Shown in pieces: positions 16,459-26,849 of a stretch of DNA of 64,000 nt. The position numbers and the translations under genes were made by a program. Source of the stretch: Bacilli bacterium (GTDB lineage Bacteria; Bacillota_I; Bacilli_A; RF39; UBA660); NCBI GenBank assembly GCA_017432665.1, contig JAFRIS010000015.1, positions 2 to 64,001 of the forward strand. Reading direction: 5' to 3'. Position 1 is the first letter of the stretch; the number at the start of each line of letters is the position of its first letter. The notes under the pieces are model-generated. The model was not told where the DNA came from and did not search any database. It saw nothing but the letters and a program-made list of their open reading frames with translations.

Positions 16459-16486
16459 ACTTCCTATAATTGATATTATGTTAACT
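16459..16486 (+). other. dif: dif chromosome-dimer resolution site (XerC/XerD target)
   Basis: ACTTCCTATAA-TTGATA-TTATGTTAACT compared with B. subtilis dif ACTTCCTAGAA-TATATA-TTATGTAAACT: 10/11 matches in each arm. It lies in the convergent gap where gene orientation flips. Confidence 0.8.
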
Positions 16487-17009
16487 TCTATATGTTTGTT
16501 TTTGATTTAGTGTATTATTACCTATTGTTATCAAGTATTTCTATTATTTACTACTCTATTGTCTAAATATAAGTACAATAATTGTAAATTATTATATAAG
16601 AAAATTTTTAATTTTCTTTTTTTTATTTATATTTTTATCTATAATACTCTATATTATATAAGGCCATTATTATCTTCTATATAGGTAATAGGATAAGACT
16701 ATCCACTTATATACTCCTCCCCCCTCCTTGGTCAAAATACATAAATTAGGGGATGCATTTTAAGCGATTTATATTTGATTAGATGAACAATTCATCATCT
16801 AAATCCCTTAAAACTAATTTTCTTTTTTTAATAAAAAAACACTTAGATACATTACATGAAATATTATATATATGAAGAACAATTTATTTATATTTATTGG
16901 AAGAAGGGGAAATATATCCTATTTTATTTTCATAAGATTAAAATGTTTATTATAGTTATTTTTAATAATTATTATTAATATAGAAAAAATAATCATATCA
17001 TTATAATTA

Positions 17010-17055
17010 AAAAACAACAAAACAAAAATAGAGGAGATGCATTGATCTCCTCTAT
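17010..17055 (-). terminator. Rho-independent terminator of the 17060-17578 gene
   Basis: ATAGAGGAGAT-caatgc-ATCTCCTCTAT followed by TTTTTGTTTTGTTGTTTTTT on the minus strand. Confidence 0.8.
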
Positions 17056-17059
17056 TTAA

Positions 17060-17578
17060 TTACTCCCCTATTTTTATGCTTAAACTATTTTTTAATTCAT
17101 TAATCCCGTTTTCACAGACTTTATCTTTAGAATTATCAAATCCAACAGAAAACTCTACAATGTAATTATCAGAAGTTTTATTATTAGGATCATAATAAAG
17201 CATATAGTACTGATAATCATCTTGATTAGCAATTTTACAAGTGTACCAAGTATTATCATTAATTTTTTCTGGCAATAAGCATTCAGGACCAAAATTATTA
17301 ATTAACGATGTATCAGTAATATTTCCATTAGAATCAAGAACTATATCATTGTTTGAAATATGGTGAATAGTGAAGTAGCATGAAGCGTCCACCTTCTTAT
17401 TACTATATTCTATCCAATTATACTCTTCTTTATATCTAAAATCTTTTGGTACTTTATAATCTAAACTTTCAAATTCCATTTTCATATTTGCACGAGTTAT
17501 CATTGTATCTACTAATACTGTCCCAACAGCAATTAAAACCAATCCTACACAAATTAATAATTTACTTTTATTTTTCAT
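17060..17578 (-). CDS. Membrane-anchored hypothetical protein
   Basis: N-terminal TM segment LLICVGLVLIAVGTVLV. RBS is GGGGAGATA. Confidence 0.55.
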   Translation of the reverse strand: MKNKSKLLICVGLVLIAVGTVLVDTMITRANMKMEFESLDYKVPKDFRYKEEYNWIEYSNKKVDASCYFTIHHISNNDIVLDSNGNITDTSLINNFGPECLLPEKINDNTWYTCKIANQDDYQYYMLYYDPNNKTSDNYIVEFSVGFDNSKDKVCENGINELKNSLSIKIGE

Positions 17579-17594
17579 ATCTATATCTCCCCTA

Positions 17595-18761
17595 TCATTC
17601 CAATATTTCTAAAATACTTTCTCCAATTTCTGGTTCACTTATATCAAAATTATCTGCGATAGTAGCTCCTATATTAGCTAATGTTTCAAAAGGTGATAGT
17701 CGTCTAGGAGTTTTAAAATTTCTACTATAGATAATTACTGGTACATTTTCTCTGGTATGACCATTACCTGTAAAAGTAGGATCATTACCATGATCAGCAG
17801 TTATAATAAGCAAGTCTTCTAAATCTAATTTGTTAATAACTATAGATATATCTACATCTAATTCTTCAATAGCTTTAGCATAACCTTCTACATCTCTAGT
17901 ATGTCCATATAATGAATCAAAATCACACAGATTAACCATACATAGACCCATGAACTTTTTATCAATAATATCAATAAGTTTATTTATTGCTTCACTATTA
18001 CTAGTAGCTTTAATATTCTTATTAATACCTTGTCCATCAAAAATATCATTTATTTTACCTATACCTATAACACTATAATTATTTTCATCTAATTTATCTA
18101 GAATAGTTCTTTTTGGTGGTTTAATAGCAAAGTCTTTACGACAATTATTAATTAACTTATATTTATCAGGAGTACCATTAAATGGTCTAGCAATAATCCT
18201 GGCAATTCTCCAATTATGTTTTAATGATTCACTTCTAATCTTTTCACAATACTCATGTAGAGTTGCGATTGGAATGCAATCTTCATGAGCCGCGACTTGT
18301 AAGTCAGAATCAGCAGAAGTATAAACTATTAGAGAACCATAATTAAATTGTCTTTCTCCCAGTTCATTAATAATGGCATTATCATTAGAACATTTATTAC
18401 CTATTACTGATCTACCTGTAATACTTTCTATACCAGCTAATATTTCATAAGGGAAGCCCTCATTATAAGCTTTAAAAGGAATTTCATTTTTTAATCCAAC
18501 AATTTCATAATGACCATTAACTGAATCTTTACCAGCATTAATAGGTTTAGCAATTGTGTAATAGGCATCTACATTTTCATTTTCACTCATATTAAGGGTA
18601 TCTAAGAAACCAATCTTTTTCAAATTAGGAACAAATAAATCATCATTTTCGACGATATGTCCTAAAGTATTAGCTCCGACATCACCATAATTAGCAGCAT
18701 CAGTAGTTTCACCTACTCCTAATGAATCTAAAACCAATAAGAATATTCTTTTAAATTTCAT
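17595..18761 (-). CDS. deoB: Phosphopentomutase
   Basis: MKFKRIFLLVLDSLGVGE N-terminus, ITADHGNDPT, and the typical ~390-aa length. Confidence 0.9.
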   Translation of the reverse strand: MKFKRIFLLVLDSLGVGETTDAANYGDVGANTLGHIVENDDLFVPNLKKIGFLDTLNMSENENVDAYYTIAKPINAGKDSVNGHYEIVGLKNEIPFKAYNEGFPYEILAGIESITGRSVIGNKCSNDNAIINELGERQFNYGSLIVYTSADSDLQVAAHEDCIPIATLHEYCEKIRSESLKHNWRIARIIARPFNGTPDKYKLINNCRKDFAIKPPKRTILDKLDENNYSVIGIGKINDIFDGQGINKNIKATSNSEAINKLIDIIDKKFMGLCMVNLCDFDSLYGHTRDVEGYAKAIEELDVDISIVINKLDLEDLLIITADHGNDPTFTGNGHTRENVPVIIYSRNFKTPRRLSPFETLANIGATIADNFDISEPEIGESILEILE

Positions 18762-18781
18762 AAAGACACTCCTTTATTTTA

Positions 18782-19675
18782 TTATTCATCTTTTTTACTC
18801 CTCAAATGATATTCATTATAATCTTCTATTACTTTTTCATCACTTACTTTAGTATATATCTTAGTAGTAGATATATCAGAGTGACCTAGCATTTCTTGAA
18901 CACTTCGAAGATCTGCTCCTCTATTTACTAAATGGGTCGCAAAACTATGTCTCAAAGTATGAGGAGAAATATTAGAATTTAAACCTTTATCATCTAAAAT
19001 GCTTTTTAGATTCTTAAAGAATCCTTGTCTAGTCATACCTTGACCATGGTTATTCAGAAACAACTTATTACAAGGCTTTTTCTTTAATAATAAATGTCTT
19101 CGATCAACATATTCTTTTAAATAGTAAATTGAATACTCTCCTAGTGGAATATCTCTTTCTTTACTACCTTTCCCAAGAATTCTAATTAAACAATTATTTA
19201 TATCAATATCATTCATTTCTAGATTAATTAATTCACTTACTCGTAAACCACATCCATACATTAATTCTAACATAGCTTTATTTCGATAGTCAAATGGCGT
19301 TTCTAGTTTAATATCAAGTAAATTGTCAATATCTTCAACACTTAATGCTTTAGGTAATGCTTTCTTTAATTTGGGACGTTCTATAAATTCAGAAACATCT
19401 TCTTTAACTAGTTTTTCTTTTAGTAAATATTTATGAAAATTCTTAATTACAGTTAAATTATGAGCTATAGTAGTAGTTTCTTCTTCATTTCTTTTTTTTA
19501 AAAAATCTTTAATATCATCACTACTTATATTATTAATATTAGTAATATGTTTTTTGTTTAAATAATATTTATAAACTTCTAAATCATTTTTATATGATAC
19601 TTTAGTACGATCAGATAAACCTTTTTCAAAGATACAATAATTTAAGAAATCTTCTATTGCAGTTTCTATATCCAT
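18782..19675 (-). CDS. xerD: Tyrosine recombinase XerD-type
   Basis: HTLRHSFATHL...GADLRSVQEMLGHSDISTTKIYT catalytic region at ~297 aa. Adjacent to deoB, as in B. subtilis ripX-drm. RBS AGGTGA precedes the ATG at 19675. Confidence 0.8.
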   Translation of the reverse strand: MDIETAIEDFLNYCIFEKGLSDRTKVSYKNDLEVYKYYLNKKHITNINNISSDDIKDFLKKRNEEETTTIAHNLTVIKNFHKYLLKEKLVKEDVSEFIERPKLKKALPKALSVEDIDNLLDIKLETPFDYRNKAMLELMYGCGLRVSELINLEMNDIDINNCLIRILGKGSKERDIPLGEYSIYYLKEYVDRRHLLLKKKPCNKLFLNNHGQGMTRQGFFKNLKSILDDKGLNSNISPHTLRHSFATHLVNRGADLRSVQEMLGHSDISTTKIYTKVSDEKVIEDYNEYHLRSKKDE

Positions 19676-19751
19676 ACTAATCACCTATTATAATTATAAC
19701 ATTATTTTTACAATAATTCTAATCTTTGGTAAAATATAAATGGTGATTAAT

Positions 19752-20966
19752 ATGAATAAACCATTGGCTATTAAATTAGCACCTAAATCATTAAAAGATG
19801 TCTTAGGACAAGAGCATTTAATTGGTAAAGGTAAAATACTTACTAATTTAGTTAAGAATAAGAAGTTATTCTCAATGATTCTTTATGGTCCTCCAGGTAT
19901 AGGAAAGACTAGTATAGCTAGTGCTTTAGTAAATGATTTAGATATAAGATATAGAATGTTAAATGCTACTATTAATACTAAGAAAGATATAGATGTAGTT
20001 ATAGAAGAAGCTAAAATGTATGGAGAAATTGTATTAATAATGGATGAGATACATAGACTTAATAAAGATAAACAAGATATATTACTTCCTCAAATAGAAA
20101 GTGGTTTAATTACTTTAATAGGAATGACTACTAGTAATCCATATCATGCGATTAATCCAGCTATTAGATCAAGATGTCAATTATTTGAATTACATGAGTT
20201 AGATCAGAATGATATTTTAAAGGGCCTTAAAAAGGCCATAAAACACCCTGATTTAGAGGGAATTAAAATAGATGATAAAACACTTAAGATGATAGCAAAA
20301 CTCTCTGGAAATGACCTAAGATTTGCTTATAACTTATTAGAGATAGCTTACTACTCTACTGATGATAAAATTATAACTGAAGAAGTAGTTAAAAGTATAA
20401 ATAGCAAACCAGTATTCTTCTCTGATAAAAATGGTGATGGTCATTATGATGTATTAAGTGGATTGCAAAAATCTATTAGAGGAAGCGATGTAGATGCATC
20501 CCTACACTATTTAGCAAGATTAGTAACTGAAGGAGATTTAGAATCTATTTATAGAAGATTAAGTGTAATAGCTTATGAAGATATAGGATTAGCTAATCCA
20601 GCAATAGGCCCTAGATTAGATGCTGCTATTAATGCAGCAGAGCGAACCGGTCTACCAGAGGCTAGAATACCGTTAGGTACAATAGTAACAGAAATGGCTT
20701 TATCACCAAAGAGTAATACTGCTCATGTAGCATTTGATGAAGCACTAGAAGACATAGAAAAAGGTAATACAGGTAATTTACCAAATCATTTAAAAAATGT
20801 CCCAGATAGTGGTTATAAATACCCTCATGATTATCCAGGAGCATTTGTTAAACAACAATATCTGCCAGATAAAATTAAAAATAAAAAGTATTATCAGCCT
20901 AAAGATATTGGATATGAGAAAAATATTAAAGAAATCTATGAAAGATTAGAAAGACTAAAAAAATGA
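19752..20966 (+). CDS. rarA: Replication-associated recombination protein A (MgsA/RarA AAA+ ATPase)
   Basis: LRPKSL-type start (LAPKSLKDVLGQEHL), Walker A GPPGIGKTS, MDEIHRLNK, and C-terminal MgsA domain (YDVLSGLQKSIRGSD). Confidence 0.9.
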   Translation: MNKPLAIKLAPKSLKDVLGQEHLIGKGKILTNLVKNKKLFSMILYGPPGIGKTSIASALVNDLDIRYRMLNATINTKKDIDVVIEEAKMYGEIVLIMDEIHRLNKDKQDILLPQIESGLITLIGMTTSNPYHAINPAIRSRCQLFELHELDQNDILKGLKKAIKHPDLEGIKIDDKTLKMIAKLSGNDLRFAYNLLEIAYYSTDDKIITEEVVKSINSKPVFFSDKNGDGHYDVLSGLQKSIRGSDVDASLHYLARLVTEGDLESIYRRLSVIAYEDIGLANPAIGPRLDAAINAAERTGLPEARIPLGTIVTEMALSPKSNTAHVAFDEALEDIEKGNTGNLPNHLKNVPDSGYKYPHDYPGAFVKQQYLPDKIKNKKYYQPKDIGYEKNIKEIYERLERLKK

Positions 20967-21119
20967 TATATTAATTTATATCATTTTTTATTTCATTATA
21001 ATAATTTGATAATTGTTAAATGAGAATAATACAATAAACTAAATTGTATTAGTAAAAAACTTTTGCTTCAGATCAAATATAATGCTTACCTTAATTAGTA
21101 ATTCGAAAACACATATTTA

Positions 21120-23138
21120 TTATTCAACCAAATATGGATTATTCATACTACCAGTACCATTTGTGTATTCTGTTTCTGGTTTTAGGGATATGACTGGACG
21201 AACACCGAGTGAATAACTAACTCGACTCGAACTATTATTATTATCATTAATAATAGAATTATAGCTACGATCAATAAAAATATAGCTTGGTGATAATGTC
21301 CAATAGTTTCCAGATGATTTAAGAATATTTGTATTTGTTAATAATCTTCCTTCTTGCATGCTTATTAATCCTACCGGAAATGATAGATTAGCTTTTTCAT
21401 TAGCTATAGCAAATTTATCAGTTATATTTGTACAATTTAAGTTAGTGTCATTATTGTTAAAAAGTAATTCAGAGGAAACACTTCCTCCATTAGGATCCCA
21501 ACTACCTAGATTATTAATATTTCTATTGTTACAAAAAATTATATCTTCTAAATTACTTGTGTAATTTGTCATATATTTTTTATACCAAGCATCAATACCA
21601 GTTTTAATTGTTGAATTTTTACTATTAACATTATCTGCGCTTAATATATTATTTATAGCATTTGATATATCATTATCTCCATTTAATTGATAATAATATA
21701 TGTTAGGGTTATAGTAATAACTTATGTATTTTACTGCTGAACAGCTTATATTTTCATCTAAGCATGTATAATGATGTGTAGATAAATCTGTTTGATTTGA
21801 AGCATTGGGTAAATCCCAGATGTTTTTTATATCTCCTGTCAAAGTATATGTTCCATTATTATATGTTATCTTTTCCCCATATTTATAATTATGCTCAATT
21901 CCCCAATAGTAATAACCTGCATTAGACGTAGATTCCGTTATATGTTTTATATTTGAACATGTTATACTTGTACCATCACAAACATATTTATTTTTATAGT
22001 TCTCATAGGAACCATTATACCAATCAGTATATGATACTTGAGTTGGACTATTTATTGTATATGTATTATCACCATTGTTAGTATATGAATTACCAATTAC
22101 CATAGATACATTTAAATCTCCACCAACTAATCTCTTTGCATATAAATTTGCTCCATTTACTCCTAATATATACCAAGCATTGGTAGATGTCCCACTAGCC
22201 ATAATATATTTATTTACCAAATTATTATAATCACTTAAACTAGATATAAGTTGAGGATTATTTAATGTATATTGATTAGTTACCATATTTCCATAATCAA
22301 TTGAATCTGAATAATAATAAGAAGTATTAAGTTCCATATTACTATCACTAATATAATAAATTTGTGATTGAATTTCTATAGGATTTTCTGAATTATACAT
22401 ATAACCAACATAAGCTGGTGAATTATAGTTTTGATTGAATTGTAAATTACCAAATTGTGAGTAATTTGAATCACCTGTTATTTTAATAGCACTATATGTT
22501 GAGCCACTTACTAATTTATCTACTAAATAAAGTGTATTACATGTTAAAGATGTACTTCGACAAGTATATTTTCCCTGGCTGATTGTTCCTGATTCAGTTT
22601 CTCCAGATAATGTGAAAAGATTGTTTTCAGCATCATATGTATAGTCATTACCATAAGCATATGTACTAGATAAATATATGGTACTTGCAGAATCATAACC
22701 AACATGTTTACCTCTGGTATTTAAACACTTACCCCCTACTGCTTCTCCATTATAAATCATCTTAACTCCACCAGTATCTGTTGTTCTTATCATTTGCCAA
22801 CAATGGTTTGCAAATATAACATTATTCATATTAGTAATTGCAGTTCCATTAGTATCATTATTAGCCCACCAATAATATATTTTTTCATTACCTACTTCTG
22901 CCATTGAGTCTTGATGATTATTAGTATACTCTTTGGCATACGTACCTACTTTTGCAGCTTTTTTTAATACTCCATATAAAGTACGATCATATTTTGATAT
23001 GTTTAGTGTTCCATTTATTCCTAGATTCGTAGTAAATACTGAATATCCAATTCCTAAGAACACTACTAAAAGAATGATACTTGATATAATCATTCTTTTT
23101 TTTCTACGTATATTAGATGAGAATTTTCTATTAAACAT
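21120..23138 (-). CDS. Large N/Y/T/S-rich signal-anchored surface protein with three Y-x-C-x6-C modules
   Basis: Basic N-terminus followed by TM segment IISSIILLVVFLGIGYSV. Repeated units YTCRSTSLTC, YVCDGTSITC and YTCLDENISC. C-terminal YWTLSPSY...LGVRPVISLK motif. Confidence 0.6.
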   Translation of the reverse strand: MFNRKFSSNIRRKKRMIISSIILLVVFLGIGYSVFTTNLGINGTLNISKYDRTLYGVLKKAAKVGTYAKEYTNNHQDSMAEVGNEKIYYWWANNDTNGTAITNMNNVIFANHCWQMIRTTDTGGVKMIYNGEAVGGKCLNTRGKHVGYDSASTIYLSSTYAYGNDYTYDAENNLFTLSGETESGTISQGKYTCRSTSLTCNTLYLVDKLVSGSTYSAIKITGDSNYSQFGNLQFNQNYNSPAYVGYMYNSENPIEIQSQIYYISDSNMELNTSYYYSDSIDYGNMVTNQYTLNNPQLISSLSDYNNLVNKYIMASGTSTNAWYILGVNGANLYAKRLVGGDLNVSMVIGNSYTNNGDNTYTINSPTQVSYTDWYNGSYENYKNKYVCDGTSITCSNIKHITESTSNAGYYYWGIEHNYKYGEKITYNNGTYTLTGDIKNIWDLPNASNQTDLSTHHYTCLDENISCSAVKYISYYYNPNIYYYQLNGDNDISNAINNILSADNVNSKNSTIKTGIDAWYKKYMTNYTSNLEDIIFCNNRNINNLGSWDPNGGSVSSELLFNNNDTNLNCTNITDKFAIANEKANLSFPVGLISMQEGRLLTNTNILKSSGNYWTLSPSYIFIDRSYNSIINDNNNSSSRVSYSLGVRPVISLKPETEYTNGTGSMNNPYLVE

Positions 23139-23222
23139 CTTATCACCTATTATTCATACCATAATAAGTATACACCAAATATACATTTATATCAATTAAA
23201 AAGAATAGCTTTAACTATCCTT

Positions 23223-24161
23223 TTATAAATTAATAATAAACATTTCTAATAATGCATTCGCATCTAAATCAGTAGTTTTCATCTTAAAATCTATATTACT
23301 TAATTCTTGAAGTAAATGTAATAGTGTTTCTTCAGTATATAACTTAGTTAATTCTCTAGTTTTAGTAATACGATAATCAGATTTCTCTTCTAACATATTA
23401 GCTATTTCATGATCAGATATCTTTTCTTTTTCTAATAGTTTTACTTGATATATTATTCTTATTTGACTAGATAACAATCCAATAATACTTATAGGTTCAA
23501 AGTTATATGATAATAACTCTTTATATCTTTTTAAAGCACTTTTCTTATCTCTTAAAGCTATACTTCTAGAGAATGAGAAAGTTAAGTCTTTAGAATCTCC
23601 TAATTTCTTATCTACTATAGCTCTTACATCATCTTCAGTAATTACTTTTTCAAACAACTTATAATCTTTTAATTTTAAACATTCATTATAAATCTTAGAT
23701 ATATCTCCTAGACAATATTCATCTAATAGATTAACTGTATTACTATCTATTTCATAATCCCTTAATTGTTGTCTAATATAACTTTTAGTATTCATTTCTA
23801 CTTTAATATATTGACATTTATCTTTTAATACTTTACCTATTTTAGAATTGCCGGATAACTTATTAACTTCAATAAGTAATAAATTATCAGGATTAGGATT
23901 ATCTAAATACTTAAATAAGTGTTCAAAATCATTTTTATAATCATCATATTTTAATGAATCAATATTTTTAATAATTATTACTTTTTGTTGAGTAAATAAC
24001 CCATAAGTATCTAAATCTTCTAGAGCTTTTTCTAATTCAGTTTCTTCTAAATCATATTTAAAAACACTAGCTTTATTAAATTTGTTATCTTTAATTATCT
24101 TAGTTTGCTCTTGTTCCATGGCAAGGGAATCATCACATTCCAATACATAATTATTATTCAT
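23223..24161 (-). CDS. holA: DNA polymerase III delta subunit
   Basis: Delta-like layout at ~312 aa: YVLECDDSLAMEQE start, LFTQQKVIIIKN, NPNPDNLLLIE, EPISIIGLLSSQIRIIYQVK and DFKMKT...ALLEMFII. The start overlaps the alaS stop by 8 nt. Confidence 0.65.
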   Translation of the reverse strand: MNNNYVLECDDSLAMEQEQTKIIKDNKFNKASVFKYDLEETELEKALEDLDTYGLFTQQKVIIIKNIDSLKYDDYKNDFEHLFKYLDNPNPDNLLLIEVNKLSGNSKIGKVLKDKCQYIKVEMNTKSYIRQQLRDYEIDSNTVNLLDEYCLGDISKIYNECLKLKDYKLFEKVITEDDVRAIVDKKLGDSKDLTFSFSRSIALRDKKSALKRYKELLSYNFEPISIIGLLSSQIRIIYQVKLLEKEKISDHEIANMLEEKSDYRITKTRELTKLYTEETLLHLLQELSNIDFKMKTTDLDANALLEMFIINL

Positions 24162-26847
24162 GTTCTTTAATAACCTTTTCGATATGTTTAACAATTTCTT
24201 CTACTTTGTCTGCAGATTTACCTCCACCTTGACCAAATTTAGGACTTCCTCCTCCATTTCCTTCAGAGCGAAGTGAAGCATCTTTTACTATTTCCCCTGC
24301 ATGAACGAATGAATTACTCTTAGCTATGAAATTAATACTATTATCATCTTTAACATTCATTAAGAAGATAAAGCCATTCTTCATTTCATTCATAATAGCA
24401 TCTGCGATACTCTTAAGAATATTTATATCTTTATTCTTAAGTTCCATTATTAATACTTCTACACCATTAACTTCTTTAATATGTTCACGATAAATATCTA
24501 GATTTTCTAAGGTTTCTTTTTCTTTTAAATCATAATATTTCTTTTCTAATTCTTTTACTTCTTGATGAACATATTGTAGTTCATTTTTGTTATAAATAAT
24601 ATCTTTATATGATTCTGGTTGATCATCATTAATGTCTACATCAAATTCTAGTTTCATACCACTCTTCTTAGCTTCTTCTAGAATTTCTTTTGCTTTCATT
24701 AATAATTTAACTTTTTCATCATTATATGGTTTAATTGTCTCTTCTATAATTGGTTCAATCTTAGGACCAGTAGCTGCTTCTATACGGTATACGTTACTAC
24801 CTTTAGATTCACATGAATAAACAGCCAAATTACCTATTTCACTAGTGTTAGAAGCATGTGTACCTCCACATAATTCAATAGATTTACCTATTTTAACTAC
24901 TCTAACTTCATCACCATATTTTTCGTTGAATAATGCCATAGCTCCTAACTTTTTAGCTTTATCTATAGGCATTATTTCAGTAGATACAATTAAGTCTTCC
25001 CCTATCATGTCATTTGCAAATTCTTCTACTTCTAATATCTTTTGATCAGTCATTTTACCAGAATAAGTAAAGTCAAATCTTAATCTTTCATCATCAACAT
25101 AACTACCTGCTTGTTTAATAGTATTAGATACTACTTGTTGAAGAGCATATTGTAAGATATGAACACTTGAGTGATCTGCTTCAATTCTCTTTCTTCTGTC
25201 TTTATCTATTACTAATTCACATTCATCACCAACAGTAATTACACCATCTAATAATTTAACTTTATGAATATGTTGACCATTAGGAGCTTTAAATACATCG
25301 ATTACATGAGCTTTAAAATTCTTGCCAGTAATCATACCAGTATCACTAACTTGCCCACCTGATTCAGCATAGAAACATGTTCTTTCCATAGATATATAAG
25401 TATCATGATCTATACTATCAACCATTTCATCTTTAGAGAATATTGCTTGTACTTTACTCTTTAAACGATAAGTACCATATACAAATTCAGATGGTTCAGT
25501 AAAGTCTAATAATACTTTCTTTTGATTTGCCATTGCGGAAGTATTCTTAGCATTTTTTCTAGCTAATTCTTTTTGAGCATCCATATATTTATCAAATTCT
25601 TCTTTAGATACTTTATATCCTAATTCTTCTAAGTATTCTTCAGTTAACTCAAATGGGAATCCATAAGTATCATATAATTTAAATGCTTCTTCTCCACTAA
25701 TATATCCATCATTAGATTCTTCTACTAATTCTTTTAATCTTCTTTCTCCTGATTCAAGAGTCTTTAAGAATAATTGTTCTTCTTCTAATACAGTAGCTTC
25801 TACTTCTGCTCTTCTTTCAACTAAATACGGATAAGCATCTTTCATTACATCTACTACATCAGATACTATCTTATACATAAATGGACTTTCCATACCAATT
25901 GCTCTACCAAAACGAACACTTCTTCTTAATAATCTTCTAAGAACATAACCACGACCTACATTTTCAAAACAAGCTCCATCAGCAATAGCAAAAGTAATTG
26001 CTCTAATATGATCAGCTATTATTTTGAATTCTTTTTGTCCTTCATAAGGTTCAGTAGCTAGTTCTTCTATATGCTTAACTATTGGTTTAAATAAGTCTGT
26101 TTCAAAGTTAGAATCTACTCCTTGGAAGATACAACACCATCTTTCTAAACCAGCACCTGTATCAATATTTTTACTTGGTAATTCTTGGTAATCTTTTCTG
26201 TCTACGCCTTCTTTTGAATTAAATTGTGAAAAGACATTATTCCAAATTTCTACATATCTTTCTTGATCCTCATCATTAAAGAATTTTTCTAAAGCATCTC
26301 CATCAGGATCAAATTCTTCTCCTCTATCAAAGAATATTTCAGAATCTGGTCCACAAGGACCTTCTCCTATTTCCCAATAATTGCCTTCAAGTCTAGCAAT
26401 ATGACTTTCATCAATACCAACTTCTACCCATTTATCAAATGCTACATCATCATCAGGATATACTGTTACATATAATAAATCTTTATCAATACCAAAGTAT
26501 TCTGGACTGGTTAACATTTCAAAAGAAAATTCAATTGCTTCTTCTTTAAAATAATCTCCTACACTAAAGTTACCCATCATTTCAAAGAAAGTTTGATGTC
26601 TCTTTGTAATACCAACATTTTCAATATCGTTAGTACGTATACATTTTTGAATACTAACTAATCTTCTACAGTCGGGAACTTCACTTCCATCAAAATATTT
26701 TTTTAACGGAGTAACACCAGCATTTATCCATAATAAACTATCATCATTAATTGGAACTAATGGTGCACTATCAAAAATCTTATGTCCTTTATTTATAAAG
26801 AACTTAAACCACATTTCTCTTATATCATTATGACTCATATATTTCAT
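24154..26847 (-). CDS. alaS: Alanine--tRNA ligase
   Basis: FFINKGH...SAPLVP, WINAGV and FEMMGNFS class II motifs. HSSVHILQ editing domain and C-terminal DHHA1 domain (GGGSPKFGQGGG). 897 aa. Confidence 0.95.
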   Translation of the reverse strand: MKYMSHNDIREMWFKFFINKGHKIFDSAPLVPINDDSLLWINAGVTPLKKYFDGSEVPDCRRLVSIQKCIRTNDIENVGITKRHQTFFEMMGNFSVGDYFKEEAIEFSFEMLTSPEYFGIDKDLLYVTVYPDDDVAFDKWVEVGIDESHIARLEGNYWEIGEGPCGPDSEIFFDRGEEFDPDGDALEKFFNDEDQERYVEIWNNVFSQFNSKEGVDRKDYQELPSKNIDTGAGLERWCCIFQGVDSNFETDLFKPIVKHIEELATEPYEGQKEFKIIADHIRAITFAIADGACFENVGRGYVLRRLLRRSVRFGRAIGMESPFMYKIVSDVVDVMKDAYPYLVERRAEVEATVLEEEQLFLKTLESGERRLKELVEESNDGYISGEEAFKLYDTYGFPFELTEEYLEELGYKVSKEEFDKYMDAQKELARKNAKNTSAMANQKKVLLDFTEPSEFVYGTYRLKSKVQAIFSKDEMVDSIDHDTYISMERTCFYAESGGQVSDTGMITGKNFKAHVIDVFKAPNGQHIHKVKLLDGVITVGDECELVIDKDRRKRIEADHSSVHILQYALQQVVSNTIKQAGSYVDDERLRFDFTYSGKMTDQKILEVEEFANDMIGEDLIVSTEIMPIDKAKKLGAMALFNEKYGDEVRVVKIGKSIELCGGTHASNTSEIGNLAVYSCESKGSNVYRIEAATGPKIEPIIEETIKPYNDEKVKLLMKAKEILEEAKKSGMKLEFDVDINDDQPESYKDIIYNKNELQYVHQEVKELEKKYYDLKEKETLENLDIYREHIKEVNGVEVLIMELKNKDINILKSIADAIMNEMKNGFIFLMNVKDDNSINFIAKSNSFVHAGEIVKDASLRSEGNGGGSPKFGQGGGKSADKVEEIVKHIEKVIKEHE

Positions 26848-26849
26848 AA

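Noticed and set aside
18782-19675. Tyrosine recombinase as a possible integrase marking a mobile element
   Set aside because: It has XerD-like size and catalytic region and sits next to deoB, as in B. subtilis ripX-drm. There are no flanking direct repeats, excisionase or cargo genes. A dif site lies nearby, which is consistent with a housekeeping XerD.
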